A DNA stretch of 64,000 bases. Source: Amphiura filiformis. Taxonomy: Eukaryota. The stretch lies in contig NC_092647.1 of NCBI RefSeq assembly GCF_039555335.1, forward strand, positions 18,820,946-18,884,945, in the 5' to 3' direction. A program made the position numbers and the translations under genes. Under the pieces are notes generated by a model. The model was not told the DNA's origin and searched no databases. It saw only the letters and a program-made list of their open reading frames with translations. This document shows, in pieces, positions 32,471 to 44,360 of the stretch; the stretch's first letter is position 1; each line of letters opens with the position of its first letter.

Positions 32471-33940
32471 GTGCTCCTACATGCCAGTGTAATTGTCAAA
32501 AAAACTGGACTTAGAATAATATCAATCTACCGTCCCCCTCCGTCCAAAGAAAATGGGTTTAAAACGAGTGATTACCTGTGTGAATTTGAAGCTTTCTTAG
32601 ATGAAATTTGTCTCACTCCGACAAAAACCATTCTCCTTGGGGATTACAACATTCACGTTGATCTACCTTCTAAGCCAGAGGTGTCTAGGTTTCTGGATGC
32701 CCTCACCGTCAATGGTCTTCACCAGCATGTTGATTCACCAACACATAAGGATGGTCACATACTGGACCTCGTCATATCACGTCCTGAAGATGACCTAGTG
32801 GACAAGTGTTGTGTTTTGCCAGGCTTAGGATCTGATCACAAGTTGGTATACTGGACCTTAAATTGTATTAAACCAGCGCCACTCAGGGTTACGTCAATTG
32901 TTAGGAACATTAAAAACATTGACGCGATTTTATTTGCAAATGATCTTAAATCTGAAGTTGGAGGTCTTGATGCTCGGGGTCCTGTCGATGAGATGCTCGA
33001 TAAATTTGATTTATCCGTGTCTGGTGTGTTCGACGTTCATGCACCTCCTCGACAACGATCTCGGAGTATCAAACCTCGGCTTCCTTGGTGTAATGAAGAC
33101 ATTAATGTTGCCAGACGTGAAAGGAGAAGGATTGAGCGTAAATGGCGCAAATCCAAGAGTAATGTAGATCTTGAAGCCTATGTTGAGCAAACTAAATATG
33201 TCAGTAAATTAATCCAGTGTGCTAAGGAAGTATACTATAATGATATTCTTGAGTCTGCCGATACTAAGAACATGTACTTTACCTTAAACAAACTGTTGAG
33301 TAAGAACACTAGACAACTGCCTGATGCAGAATGTATGATTGAATTGTGCAATTCATTTGCAAGGTACTTTACTCAAAAGGTAATTAAGATCAGAAATGAA
33401 CGCGATGCAACACCTGTTACGTATAATGCTGCCCATACTATACTTGATGAGAGTTCTAACCTTAACACACCATCTTTTTGTGAGTTTAGGCATGTTTCTG
33501 CTGATGATATCAAGAAAATTGTGCTCGCAACACCTAACAAGACTAGTTCTTTAGACACAATTCCTATGGAGTTGCTCAAAGATAATATCAATGTTTTGAT
33601 CCAACCTCTTGCCAGTATATCGTTCATCAATCACTCAGTAGCGGAGTATTTCCTTCAAAACTTCGTGAGGCGGTGGTATCTCCCATCCTCAAAAAATCCA
33701 CGCTTGACAAAAACATCCTTAAGAACTACCGCCCTGTCTCAAATATCAGGTACCTCTCGAAAATCATGGAGAAAATTGCTTGTGCTCAAATCAAAGATCA
33801 TCTCAGTACCAATTGCCTTCTTGAGGATTTCCAATCTGCGTACAGACAGCAGCACAGCACGGAGACGGCTTTACTACGAGTCGAAACGGATATCCTGTGT
33901 GCTTTGGACAATTATAAGGCTGTGGCTGTTGTGTTGTTAG
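32471..33940 (+). CDS. LINE-2 endonuclease and RT N-terminal segment
   Basis: See element evidence. Confidence 0.65.
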   Translation: MLLHASVIVKKTGLRIISIYRPPPSKENGFKTSDYLCEFEAFLDEICLTPTKTILLGDYNIHVDLPSKPEVSRFLDALTVNGLHQHVDSPTHKDGHILDLVISRPEDDLVDKCCVLPGLGSDHKLVYWTLNCIKPAPLRVTSIVRNIKNIDAILFANDLKSEVGGLDARGPVDEMLDKFDLSVSGVFDVHAPPRQRSRSIKPRLPWCNEDINVARRERRRIERKWRKSKSNVDLEAYVEQTKYVSKLIQCAKEVYYNDILESADTKNMYFTLNKLLSKNTRQLPDAECMIELCNSFARYFTQKVIKIRNERDATPVTYNAAHTILDESSNLNTPSFCEFRHVSADDIKKIVLATPNKTSSLDTIPMELLKDNINVLIQPLASISFINHSVAEYFLQNFVRRWYLPSSKNPRLTKTSLRTTALSQISGTSRKSWRKLLVLKSKIISVPIAFLRISNLRTDSSTARRRLYYESKRISCVLWTIIRLWLLCC

Positions 33941-34461
33941 ACCTATCCGCAGCCTTCGACACTGTAGATCATCAGATACTGTTGAAACGGCTTTCGAATA
34001 CTTTTGGTATTTCTGGAACAGTCCTGAATTGGATAAGATCCTATCTCAAGGACCGCTCATTCCGGGTGTGTCTGGGGGATAATTCGTCCATTAATCACAC
34101 GCTTGACTTCGGCCTCCCACAAGGATCTGTTGTTGGACCTTTATTCTTCAGCATGTATACTTATCATATCGGTGCCATCATACGGAATCATAACATCTGC
34201 TACCATATGTATGCCGATGATGTCCAACTTTATCTGACGTTCAACCCAAAAGTGGATGGAGACGGTCATCGAGCAGTGACCAGATTGGCAGCCTGCATTG
34301 ATGAAATTAGTGCATGGATGACTCAGAATAAACTGAAACTTAACAATGATAAGCCGTTACATTACCACAGAAAGTTGCCATCATCTTGTCCGTGCTCTGA
34401 TTCTGTCCCGGCTCGACTACGCCAATGCTCTGATGTTTGGGATTTCGGCCAAAGACCGTAA
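33673..34461 (+). CDS. LINE-2 RT core
   Basis: FDTVDH, YADDVQLY. Confidence 0.7.
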   Translation: MVSPILKKSTLDKNILKNYRPVSNIRYLSKIMEKIACAQIKDHLSTNCLLEDFQSAYRQQHSTETALLRVETDILCALDNYKAVAVVLLDLSAAFDTVDHQILLKRLSNTFGISGTVLNWIRSYLKDRSFRVCLGDNSSINHTLDFGLPQGSVVGPLFFSMYTYHIGAIIRNHNICYHMYADDVQLYLTFNPKVDGDGHRAVTRLAACIDEISAWMTQNKLKLNNDKPLHYHRKLPSSCPCSDSVPARLRQCSDVWDFGQRP

Positions 34462-34855
34462 GCAGCTGCAGAAAGTCCAAAACAGGGCCGCAAGAATTGT
34501 TTTTAGAGCCGAAAGACTGCATCCATCAGCACCGCTACTCAAACACCTTCATTGGCTGCCAATTGAACAGCGAATCAAGTTCAAAATCTTGCTTATCACC
34601 TTCAAAGGAGTCCACGGCCTCATTCCACCTTACCTCGCCGAATTTCTTCAGAGATATTCATGCGGTAGGCCAAACTTGCGTTCCAGTGATGACAGTCTCC
34701 TTTTACGCAATCCACGAACCTACAGAAACGACGGTGACAAGGCCTTCTACGCTGCAGCCCCCCGACTATGGAACTCCATACCTGCTTCCCTTCGTCATTC
34801 CTCCTCTGTCCTTGCTTTTAGGAAGGGTCTTAAGACCTATTTATTCCCCGGTTGA
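34346..34855 (+). CDS. LINE-2 RT C-terminal conserved domain
   Basis: RLDYANALMFG..LHWLPIEQRIKFKIL. Confidence 0.65.
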   Translation: MISRYITTESCHHLVRALILSRLDYANALMFGISAKDRKQLQKVQNRAARIVFRAERLHPSAPLLKHLHWLPIEQRIKFKILLITFKGVHGLIPPYLAEFLQRYSCGRPNLRSSDDSLLLRNPRTYRNDGDKAFYAAAPRLWNSIPASLRHSSSVLAFRKGLKTYLFPG

Positions 34856-35425
34856 TACCACCGCCTTATTCACGCCCCGTAAAATTGTGTTTTGTGGAGT
34901 TTTTATATGTATTTTGTTTGTTTTTATCCATGAACTGCTATGCCGGACTGGCATCTTTTATAACATGTGTTCATGCAGCATGCTCCTCTGCTTTAATCAA
35001 TTATTGTGTGTTTTTGATGTATTTTGCTTGCGTACATTTAAATTTGCTATGTTTTTGTAAAACATTTTTGCATGTTGGTTGCTACTGTTCTTCCAAATTG
35101 AGCTGGTCACGCTATGTATTTTATCATGTAATTGTTGTGTATATCGTGCTGCCTATGAGTCTTTCATATGTAATAGGCCCTCCAGCCACATAGCGGGAGT
35201 TCCATATTGAGCTGTTTTAAAATTGTATAATTTCCTGCTCTTTTAAATAATGAGCTGGTCTCGCTAAGTATTTTTAACTTTTTATCGTATTTCTTGCTAA
35301 ATTATTGGGTTTTTGTTTTCTTGCCATATGTAGTGCTATTTTTGTTGTTTTTATAATGTATTGTATTGTAAAGCGCTTTGTACATGAAAAGGCGCTTAAT
35401 AAATGATGCTTATTATTATATTATT

Positions 35426-37250
35426 ATTATCTCTAATTCATAACTCTGGCAAAAATTATTACGATTATCTAAGTGAACCATGCCAAAACAGTATATTTCT
35501 GAAACCAATAGTTGAATCAGAGATCTTGAAAATAATCAACAAATTCAACCAGAATAAAAGCGCAGGTCATGACGACATAGGAAACTTCGTTGTAAAAAAA
35601 ACTTGCTCAACCTCTTACAGCAATCTTTAATTTGTCTTTGTCAACAGGATATGTTCCTACCCAATTAAAATTAGCTAAGATAATCCCTATCTATAAAAAA
35701 GATGATGCCGAGATATTATCAAATTACAGACCTATATCACTTCTGCCGGTTTTCTCCAAAATCCTTGAAAGATTGATCTTTAATAGAAGTGTTGAATTTA
35801 TTAATAATAATAACATTCTCAATGATAAACAATTTGGATTTAGAGCCAATCATTCCACTCAAATGGCAATTATGCATCTGGTTGATAAGATAAATAATGC
35901 AGTAGAAAAAATGATGATACTACTATAGGAGTGTTTCTAGACCTATCAAAAGCTTTCGACACTATTGACCATAGTATTCTACTTCATAAATTAGAACATT
36001 TTGGATTCAGAGGAATTGCTTATGACTGGTTCAAGAGCTATTTAAGTGATAGAAAACAATAGAAAACAACACTTCAATAATAAAAATTCCAAATATAAAA
36101 GTATAATTTGCGGAGTCCCTCAAGGCTCAATATTAGGTCCTTTACTATTTATATTGTACATAAATGATATAACGAATACATCGACTATATTAGACTTTGT
36201 ATTGTTTGCTGATGATACGACAATTTGCTAATCAAATGTCATTAATAAATAAAGAGTTATCCGAAGTGAGTAACTGGTTTAAAGCAAACAAACTTTCTGT
36301 AAATGCTAGTAAAACTAATTACATGATTATGGGTACCCCTAGAATGACTTCGATAAATAATTCACAAGAAAACAGAGATATTACTTTGGATGGTACAAAC
36401 TTGCAAAGGGTAACCGAAACCAAATTTTTAGGTGTAATTATCGATGAAAATCTCACATGGAAAAACCATATCATCGGAATCTCAAAAACAATCTCACGGA
36501 ATATAGGTATGATAAACAAGTTGAAATTTTTTATACCTGGGCGTGTTTTGCACACGCTTTATTGTACGCTTGTCTTGCTTTATATTAATTATGGTATACT
36601 TACATGGGGGAATGCATGTAAAACATATCTTGATCAAATACATTTGCTCTAAAAATGGGCCATGAGAACCATTTCAAATAGCCATTATCGAGGCCATTCT
36701 GGACCACTATTTCATAAATTCAATATGCTCAATGTATATGATATATTCAAACTAGAACTAGGTGTATACATGTATAAATATTCTATTAAACAACTGCCAT
36801 GTTCATTTGACAGTTTCTTTCTAAAACGATCCGATATTCATAGCTATCACACAAGAAACAGTAATAGTATAATCAAACAAGAAACAAGTAAGTATTCACT
36901 GGTCATTCAATCTGGACTACCGGCCCACTGTTATGGAATTCCCTGAACGATAACCTTAAAGTAGCAAACTCAATCAAACATTTTCGAAACAAATATAAAA
37001 CACAGCTAATCTCATTTTACAACTAGTTCTTGGAGCCCCGTTTTTGTTCTTGTGTGATAGGCTTAATATACTCTGTTTGTTTGTTGTTGTATTAATTTAG
37101 TTCTGTAAGGGGATGGTCAATGCTGGCCTTAATGGCCTTTCGATCATCTCCTCCATAATTGTCTTGTTTTATTTTTATGATGTTGAATTTCTTTGTATTT
37201 TGTTGTTTTTTATTATGGAAATAAAGATTCATTCATTCATTCATTTGTAT
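35426..37250 (+). mobile_element. 5'-truncated copy of the LINE-1 family (LINE-3), RT region only, several frameshifts, (CATT)4 tail; inserted directly after LINE-2
   Basis: KSAGHDDI, LAKIIPIYKK, CGVPQGSILGPLLFILYINDI (identical peptide to LINE-1 at 15550), LSVNASKTNYMIMG. Confidence 0.65.
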
Positions 37251-37254
37251 GACT

Positions 37255-38170
37255 CCAGACTTGGTCTTCACTCAGGTCCACCAGGCTGAAAGTACTAATT
37301 CTGTTGGTTCAACTAGACCAGACGATAAACAAAACAGAGAACCGTAAAAAGGAACACCGAAATTACCATGCTGCACATTTATGAGAATAAACTGGGTTTG
37401 CTGCAACCATGTGTAAATTGTTTGCTTTCGTTTGCAATACACTATAACAAAAAATTTAACATGCGCATCTACAATATCACATATGGTTCAACTGCAATAA
37501 GTTTAAGTGAACTTACTTGGAAGTGAGCTTGGAAGCTCTCGGATATGACCAGTTAAACGTTTCAGTTGTAGACTGCTCACTGCAGTAATCCTGAAATTGA
37601 CAATTCGCTGAGCTCGAGGCTGAGCTTCGTGTGCAGTTCCGGGGTGCAGTTAACATAAAAAGATTCTTCTAAAGCTACTGGATACGGTGCTTTTAAAATA
37701 CCACGTCCCTGTAAGCTCCTGTATGCACGAGAGTGAGCAATAATTATACCCGGGGGGGCACTCCAACTTTGGAGGTGACGCGTATGTAGGGCAGTTAAGA
37801 CACCATTTTTCAGCGGCGCTGTCACCCAAAGACCCCATATTTTTTTACGAACACATGCTCTGTCACCCGAAGACCCCTATTTTTCCATTTGATCTGTCAC
37901 CCAAAGACCCTTACAAGTTCAATTTGAACAGCAACTTTCATTTATCACTGATTTTGCCAAAAATCATACTCTCACCCAATGACCCCATATTTTTGACATT
38001 TTGCTCTCACCGAGCCCTACACCTATATCCATTTCATATTGAAGTGCCCCCAGGAATTATACGTTATCTGGCATTTTATAATCAACGCGTCCGAAGGTCA
38101 ATCGATGTGCATACACGATCCTGCAGATAGAAGTGGCGTGTATTTGGTTTGAAGATGTCCGTATTCAGCA
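37255..38170 (+). repeat. spacer segment A copy interrupted by a nested MITE-b
   Basis: 37255-37749 plus 38054-38170 is collinear with 9780-10330 and 50160-50720. Confidence 0.55.
37742..38061. mobile_element. MITE-b copy 2 (element 37750-38053, 304 bp) with 8-bp TSD AATTATAC
   Basis: TSD at 37742-37749 and 38054-38061. The uninterrupted target AATAATTATACGTTATCTG is present in the paralogous spacer at 50620. Confidence 0.7.
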
Positions 38171-38805
38171 TGATATTAATATTCTATAGAATTACGATCC
38201 AAGTCTCTTATACTTATTCTTTAAAATTGATGGTTCAATGCAGTGGTACCCCGTGGACATAGTAGTGAAGTGGGATATATTCATAAATTGTTTTAACCTA
38301 TTGCTATGGTAGTTAATCCTGTTAGATCATCACTTCTACGACGAAAACCCGGACGAAATTTTGTTTATTCGAGTCGCCTGCCAGGTTAGTCTCGCGGCCA
38401 GACTGTATGTGGCTATCACGAACATACAGTCTGGGAAACTGAAGGATCTACGTGATTGTGATTGGACAGTCGATTCTGAGTGTCAAGTCACGCAATTGAT
38501 ATAACATCGTTCGCAATTGGTCAAGATACCATGACGTAATTTAACCCCGGAAGCCGTTCGTCAGCTGGCTGCAGTGTATTACGGGATTTCCTGGAACTGT
38601 TTACGGTTATGTTTACGAGGATTTTATGTAAACAAACAAGGTGTTAAACATGAACAAAAGAAAGTATAATTAAAATGCTGTGTGGCGATCCGAGTGACAC
38701 TTTATGGATACAATTTGTATGGATTTACCGTGACCGGCGCGGCCGCCAGCTGAGGCACGATCGCGACAGTGCAGAGACAATACTGGCAGTTTTGTGCTGA
38801 TCTAA

Positions 38806-39278
38806 GGGGTGGTGCAATAATTATGTGTACCCCGGGGTGAATTCTCAAAATGGTCTGCCAAAATCGCTTGCCCCCCTTTGGCCGTGCCAAAAACCTTTTC
38901 CCCCCTTTCGACATGCCAAAAACCTTTGCCCCCCCCTTTTGACGTGCCAAAAATCTTTGCCCCCCTTACACATGCAAGATTTTGGGGAACCCGAATTTAA
39001 AACCTTAAATTGTCTTAACATATATTGCGAGCGCAGCGAGCAGGAAATTTTGCATATTTGAACGTGTTCGTAACGTTTTCCTACGCCTTTTAGGGCGTAA
39101 TATAGAAACGGTGCCCAAAATATCTGTGCCAAAAATTGCTTGCCCCCCCTTTCGACCTGCCAAAATCGCTTGACCCCCCTTTCGACCTGCCAAAAATGCT
39201 TGCCCCCCTTTTGGCCTGCCAAAAATCTTGCCCCCCTATAATTCACCCCGGGGTACACATATAATTATTGCACCACCC
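38806..39278. mobile_element. MITE-c (473 bp): TIRs of about 35 bp, GGGGTGGTGCAATAATTATGTGTACCCCGGGGTGAATT, TAA flanks, two arms each carrying 4 direct 25-bp subrepeats (TGCCAAAAATCGCTTGCCCCCCTTTCGACC)
   Basis: Read directly. TAA at 38803-38805 and 39279-39281. Confidence 0.65.
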
Positions 39279-39877
39279 TAAGAAAGCTTAAAAGTGACGT
39301 GAGTATATTTATATTTAATTAAATAATTAGGTGGCTGGCATTTTCTTCGGAAGGGGGTGGGTCTCAAATATACTTGGGGGGGGGTCATACAATTTTTAGA
39401 CCAAAAATAGGGGGGTTATAATTTTTTAACACCCAAAATAGGGGGTTTGTAGAATTATTAAGGGCTGGCGACTAAAAATTTTCACGTGCTGCGTGCGCAT
39501 TCTTTAACTTCACAATCAAAATGTGCATACAATCTATAGCTATATAATGCAAATTTTTTATGCACTTCACGCGTCTTCATCGCTCTTAGCCTTTGGCGCA
39601 CTCCGCTTTAGTTCCGGCAATGAATGATTTGTCTTGAGTGCGTGTAGGTGGAAGGGGTGGGGGTGGGGTTGGTCATAAACATTTTTGACCCAAGATAAGG
39701 GGGTTGTTAAAAAGTTTTGGCCGCGATAGGGGGGTCATAAAAAATTGACTCTGGTCACTGACATATTTGGGACCCCCTTGTGAAGAAAATGCCAGCCCCT
39801 TATACTAGGTGCTTTACATGAATTGAATCCTACAGTCTGAGGGCAGATGACACACATTCGATGGGTGTAAGGTGCTT

Positions 39878-39998
39878 GCATGGAAGGTCATTAGTTCAAA
39901 TCATCATCCACTGACCTCCAGACTGGCGCTCCAGAAGACATGCAAATGCATTTGCATGTCTTCTGGAGCATGTCTGGAGGATGATTTGAACTGATGAC
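39878..39998. repeat. 120-bp near-perfect palindrome centred on CATGCAAATGCATTTGCATG
   Basis: GGAAGGTCATTAGTTCAAATCATCATCC..CTCCAGAAGACATGCAAATGCATTTGCATGTCTTCTGGAG..GGATGATTTGAACTGATGACCTTCC. Confidence 0.7.
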
Positions 39999-40015
39999 CT
40001 TCCGTGCAATAATTA

Positions 40016-40342
40016 GGGGCTGTGCAATAATTATGAGCCGGGGGGAGGGTAAAATTTCCGAACGGTTCGCCAAAAATTGCTTGCCCCACCCTCTCTCAAC
40101 CTGCCAAAAATTATTCGCCCCCCCCTTGCGCATGGCCGCATGCCAAATTTTTGGGATCCTAATTTACAAGATACATGTTGTGAGCGCAGCAAGCAGGAAT
40201 ATTTGCGTATTTAAGCATTTCTGTACTGTTTTCCTAAGCCTTTTTAGAGCGTTTTATTTAAAAGGCGCCACATGAATGTGTGCCAAAAATTCCTAGCACC
40301 CCCAATTTTACCCTCTAGGGCTCATAATTATTGCACAGCCCC
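40016..40342. mobile_element. MITE-c copy (327 bp): TIR GGGGCTGTGCAATAATTATGAGCC, TTA TSD (40013-40015 and 40343-40345)
   Basis: Read directly. The internal core GTGAGCGCAGCAAGCAGGAATATTTGCGTATTTAAGC is shared with 38990-39060. Confidence 0.7.
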
Positions 40343-42049
40343 TTATATGTACCGCAGGGTGGTGAATTGGGGGGGGGGGGCAAAGTTTTTTTGGTAGGCC
40401 TGTTCTATGGGGCTGACCTACTGAGATTTTTCCAAAATTGGGAAACAATTTAAGTTTACAAATGAATGCCACTGAGTAAACCAAATGTTGGGAGGGTAAT
40501 TTTTAAAGTTTGACTACCTATAAAAATGTACCTACAGTCCACCTGATCTGCAACCAGTATGTGACCAGTCACAGTGTATCATTTTCAATTTACCAAAAAC
40601 ATTGTTTGATTTTAAACAATAAAAATATTTTATTCTTTTTTTTTTAAAATTTACAGGTTGAGGTGGTAAGCCGAGTGGTTGACCAAGCCTGGGAAACTTA
40701 CAGAAGCCACCTGGGAGTCAGCAATATGAGGTTCCACATTCTGCGTTATTAGTCCGATGTACACTGGTGTGGCAACAAGCACTCCACAAACAACTTTTAA
40801 TTTAACACATTCCAATTTAGAAACTAAATTTATGCAGTGAACTGTGGCAACAAATGAATAAGGATTGATATTATGAAGCTTTGTTAGACTGGATAGACAG
40901 AAGCTGAGAATCATGTTTATTCAGTGATTCTCAAATCTCCAATGAGTGCACCACTGTGAACTCTTTAAATTACACCATAGTACCACTTTCAGTGCACCTT
41001 AATAGCATGTAATTGGTACAAAATTCACAGCGAAATCATCTGGCCATTCTTACATCTGTTCACAGCTCAACTTATTGTCAGAAAAATGCAAGTATTTTCA
41101 TACCCTATGAAATACTTCCACTAACTCATTGTGTGGCAATAGATGGCCTTGAGGTCTACATGAAATGTGTAATTTCCACCTCTTGATAGGAAATTTAGTT
41201 TCATCTCTTTTAAAAAGGGTCAAGGTTCACTTGTTTCATTTAGACTTTAAATGTGTTTATGTGTTACTGGTAACATATGTCCTGGAATTAACTCTCAGTT
41301 GGTCAGCCAAATATTTTATAGTGAATTGTGATCACATGTACATGCTGTTGAGGTCTGTCAGGAACTAGTAAGGACATTGATGAGAGATGAATGACTATAA
41401 TCTGACTTATAAATGACCATGGTATATAAAAAGTACATTTTATTCAACCTCTTTTCATGGTATCTGAAGATTTACTTTTCATACACTATTGAAAGAAACT
41501 ATAATTATATTTGATAACACAAGCACTGGTAATACTGTTGGTAATTACAGATGGCATTTAATAACAATCATGACTTTGTATTTCATGACTTTGTATGTGT
41601 AACAATGGAAAGAAAGAATAATAATTACAAGCATAATTATTTTAGTTTGTTTGAATTTGCTTCGGTGTTAATACCTGGGGAACCACTCAGAATAAATGTG
41701 TTGTCATCATCGAGCAAAAATTTGCAGGAAAGGGTACTCTTTTCATGCATCATCGCGGTCTGCAATTTAATATACAATCCTACAAACCTATGGGACAAAA
41801 ATATTTTTGCAGGCAAAAATAAAAATCATGAAAGATCATGGGTTTTATTTTTGCCTGCAAAAATGTTTTTGTCCCGTAGGCTGTAAATGTTTGAAACTGT
41901 GAATACAAGAAACTGCAAGTTGAAGGGGTTGGAATAAGCGATAGCCCGATAGCCATGCCTACCAAATTTTCCATTGGGCTATTGGGTTTTATCTCCATGT
42001 GGCCCGTTGGGCTATTTAAAAAACATTTAATTAATTTATTTAGTTATTT

Positions 42050-42612
42050 ATTTTTTCGGTTTTGGAGTGTCCCTGGACCCTAGAGCTAAGGCCTTAAAAA
42101 ATTGTTTGATTGGCGTAACCCGAGCGACCCTAAACTTAAACACCCTAAAAAAATAATAATAAAAAAACCTTTTTTTTAAGTTCCAAGGCCTTTATCATAC
42201 GCAATTTACAGCTTAAAAAGCGGGTGCAAAAACGAAGAAAAAAAAAAGGGAAAAAATGCTGACCAACCTACCCTAATTTTTCAAATGTCAATCAAACAAT
42301 TTTTAGGCCTAAATGCTAGGATCATTCATGGTTGATATTTAAAAAAGAAGAAAAAAAAAATAATAGGCCCTAGTGTTTTTAATATGCAAATAGTTATATA
42401 TAATGTGTTCATGTCATACTCTATTAATGATTTCAAAATGGATACAAATGCATTTTGAAATCATTAATAGAGTATCTCATGAACACACCGAATTATAGCT
42501 TTGCAAAAACACTGGGGCCTTATTTTTCTTATCTTTTGTTTTAAATGTCAATGAAGACTGATCCTAGCATTTAGCTCTAGTACAGGGACACTCCAAAACC
42601 AAAACAATAAAA
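42050..42612. mobile_element. foldback element of about 560 bp with nested palindromes
   Basis: The outer arm TTTCGGTTTTGGAGTGTCCCTGGACCCTAGAGCTAA is the reverse complement of 42570-42610. The inner perfect palindrome 42362-42520 is centred on TTTCAAAATGGATACAAATGCATTTTGAAA. Confidence 0.6.
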
Positions 42613-43914
42613 AAACAAAAAAAACTTAAATACAGAACTGTACTCTCTGAACTTTAATTATTGTTCCTAGTTTGGTTCCTGAACCAAACCGTTGATTTTC
42701 AAAATTAAAAAGTAAGTGACAGATGCTTTACCACGTAACAACATACACCTTTTTAATTTCTTTGTAGCAAAATTAATTACGGTACTCAAAAATTAAATTT
42801 TCTGACTGCAGTTCTTTCAGAGGCCCTGTATTAAATCAAATTCCTGTGTCATAATCTTTGAGTGTTATACATGTGTACATTGTTTATGTAATTTTTAGAG
42901 TAATACTGGAGCCCTTTTAGTTTTGTTCTCCATGAACACAATCATTTTGTGTTCTGTGTTTCTGCACAATTCATTTTCATACAGGCCAAACAAGTGTTTT
43001 TGTCTGATTTTTCTCAATTGCTGAATGCTGTAACTTTACATCTAATTGCTATTTGAGAAGTATGTGACAAATCAGTAGGCTACATAATCCACTGAATAAT
43101 CAGCAATAATAGTTCTGTTCTGTCTGTTGATTCAAAAATCAGTTGTTCAAGGTGGCCATCACAAGGTCCAATTTCCAAATCATCATGCATGCTCCTGTAA
43201 GACAATAATAACAATTAAACATAATATATTAAATGGGTCTGATAAATGTCTGCATGGAGATTTATTCACCAATAAAGTGAGTGCTGAGACATCTCATTAC
43301 GTATCATTGAATCAGTGACATTATGGGGATTTAGTATTTTTTCTTTCAAATCAAAAACAAGTAAAAAGAGCCATTTTAATGTGCTGCCATAGATTATGTT
43401 TTTCACATTTTCAAGCCTTTCTGTGATTGTTTAGCGTAATGTAGCCTCTTCCAGTTTTTTAGTTGCTTGTCTTATCTAAGCTTATTTATATTCCACCATT
43501 CTTAATTTCACCATTATACTCTATGGTGTTTTGCTGTTGGCATGATTCTAAAGGAAAAATGAGTTGACATTAAGAATGTTTTTATTTACAAAGTAACAGG
43601 TCACTGTCTGTCAGAAATCCAAGATCGTGTTGCATCAAGCCATCTCCATTACTGTTGTTCATCAGATGTCATCTTGGTCAACTGCAAACCAAATACACAA
43701 ATTAATGATTTAATAAATAGCAGTTTTTTTCTCACAAATGATGTTTTCATCATAAAATGAGTAAAAACTTTTTAGGGTATATCCCAATTTACCAATTCCT
43801 CATGTTTGCTAAAAAATTGTGCCCTGAGCTGGCGCTCTAATTGGATATGCTATATTAACCGGCACTCAACTTGAGCTAGCTAAACCTGATTTGTCTCTAG
43901 GCCTCAACCGATAT

Positions 43915-44360
43915 GGCAGAACTGTCTACCGATTGGATATCGATGTAAATAATACCGGCCAATATCTGATCCGATCAGATATCAGTTTAAAAAAAAAAAT
44001 TTAATTCAATTAAAAAAAAAATTTTCCCAAAGTTTCCAGCGACTTTGAAGAACCACTGGACCTATTCTGAGGTGCTAAGATCAGAAACAATTACAATTTT
44101 CCATGCATTTATAATAATTATGTAGGCCTAATAGATGAAGAGCTAAGAGGTAAACATTTGTTGATAGTTTGCATATTGGATAACAAACTGTAATGTTTTC
44201 GTAATTTTTTTCCAAATTTTTTTCTTCAAATTAACTATGCTAGCACCTCAGAATATGTGCAGTGGTTCTTCAAAGTTGCAGAAAACTTTTTTTGGACTGA
44301 TATCCGATCCAATACCAATATCGAAAATATCTGGCCGACGTCACGGTACAATATCCGATT
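43915..44360. mobile_element. foldback element of about 440 bp
   Basis: 44025-44080 (CCAAAGTTTCCAGCGACTTTGAAGAACCACTGGACCTATTCTGAGGTGCTAA) is the reverse complement of 44232-44290. The outer arms 43918-43985 and 44290-44360 are also inverted. Confidence 0.55.

Larger units (their letters stand above)
31900..35425 (+). mobile_element. degenerate L2/CR1-clade LINE (LINE-2) with at least 3 frameshifts
   Basis: APE endonuclease (DIFVITETWL, GDYNIHVD, GSDHKLVYW). RT (LLDLSAAFDTVDH, VPQGSVVGPLFF, YADDVQLYL). L2-type C-terminal domain (RLDYANALMFG..LHWLPIEQRIKFKILLITFKG). AATAAA near the 3' end. Confidence 0.7.

Noticed and set aside
38702-39258. ORFs 38702-38950, 38845-39258, 39005-39193 and 39891-40133 with GGKRFW/QKGG repeats
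   Set aside because: These are translations of the 25-bp C-rich direct subrepeats inside MITE-c, that is, repeat artefacts.
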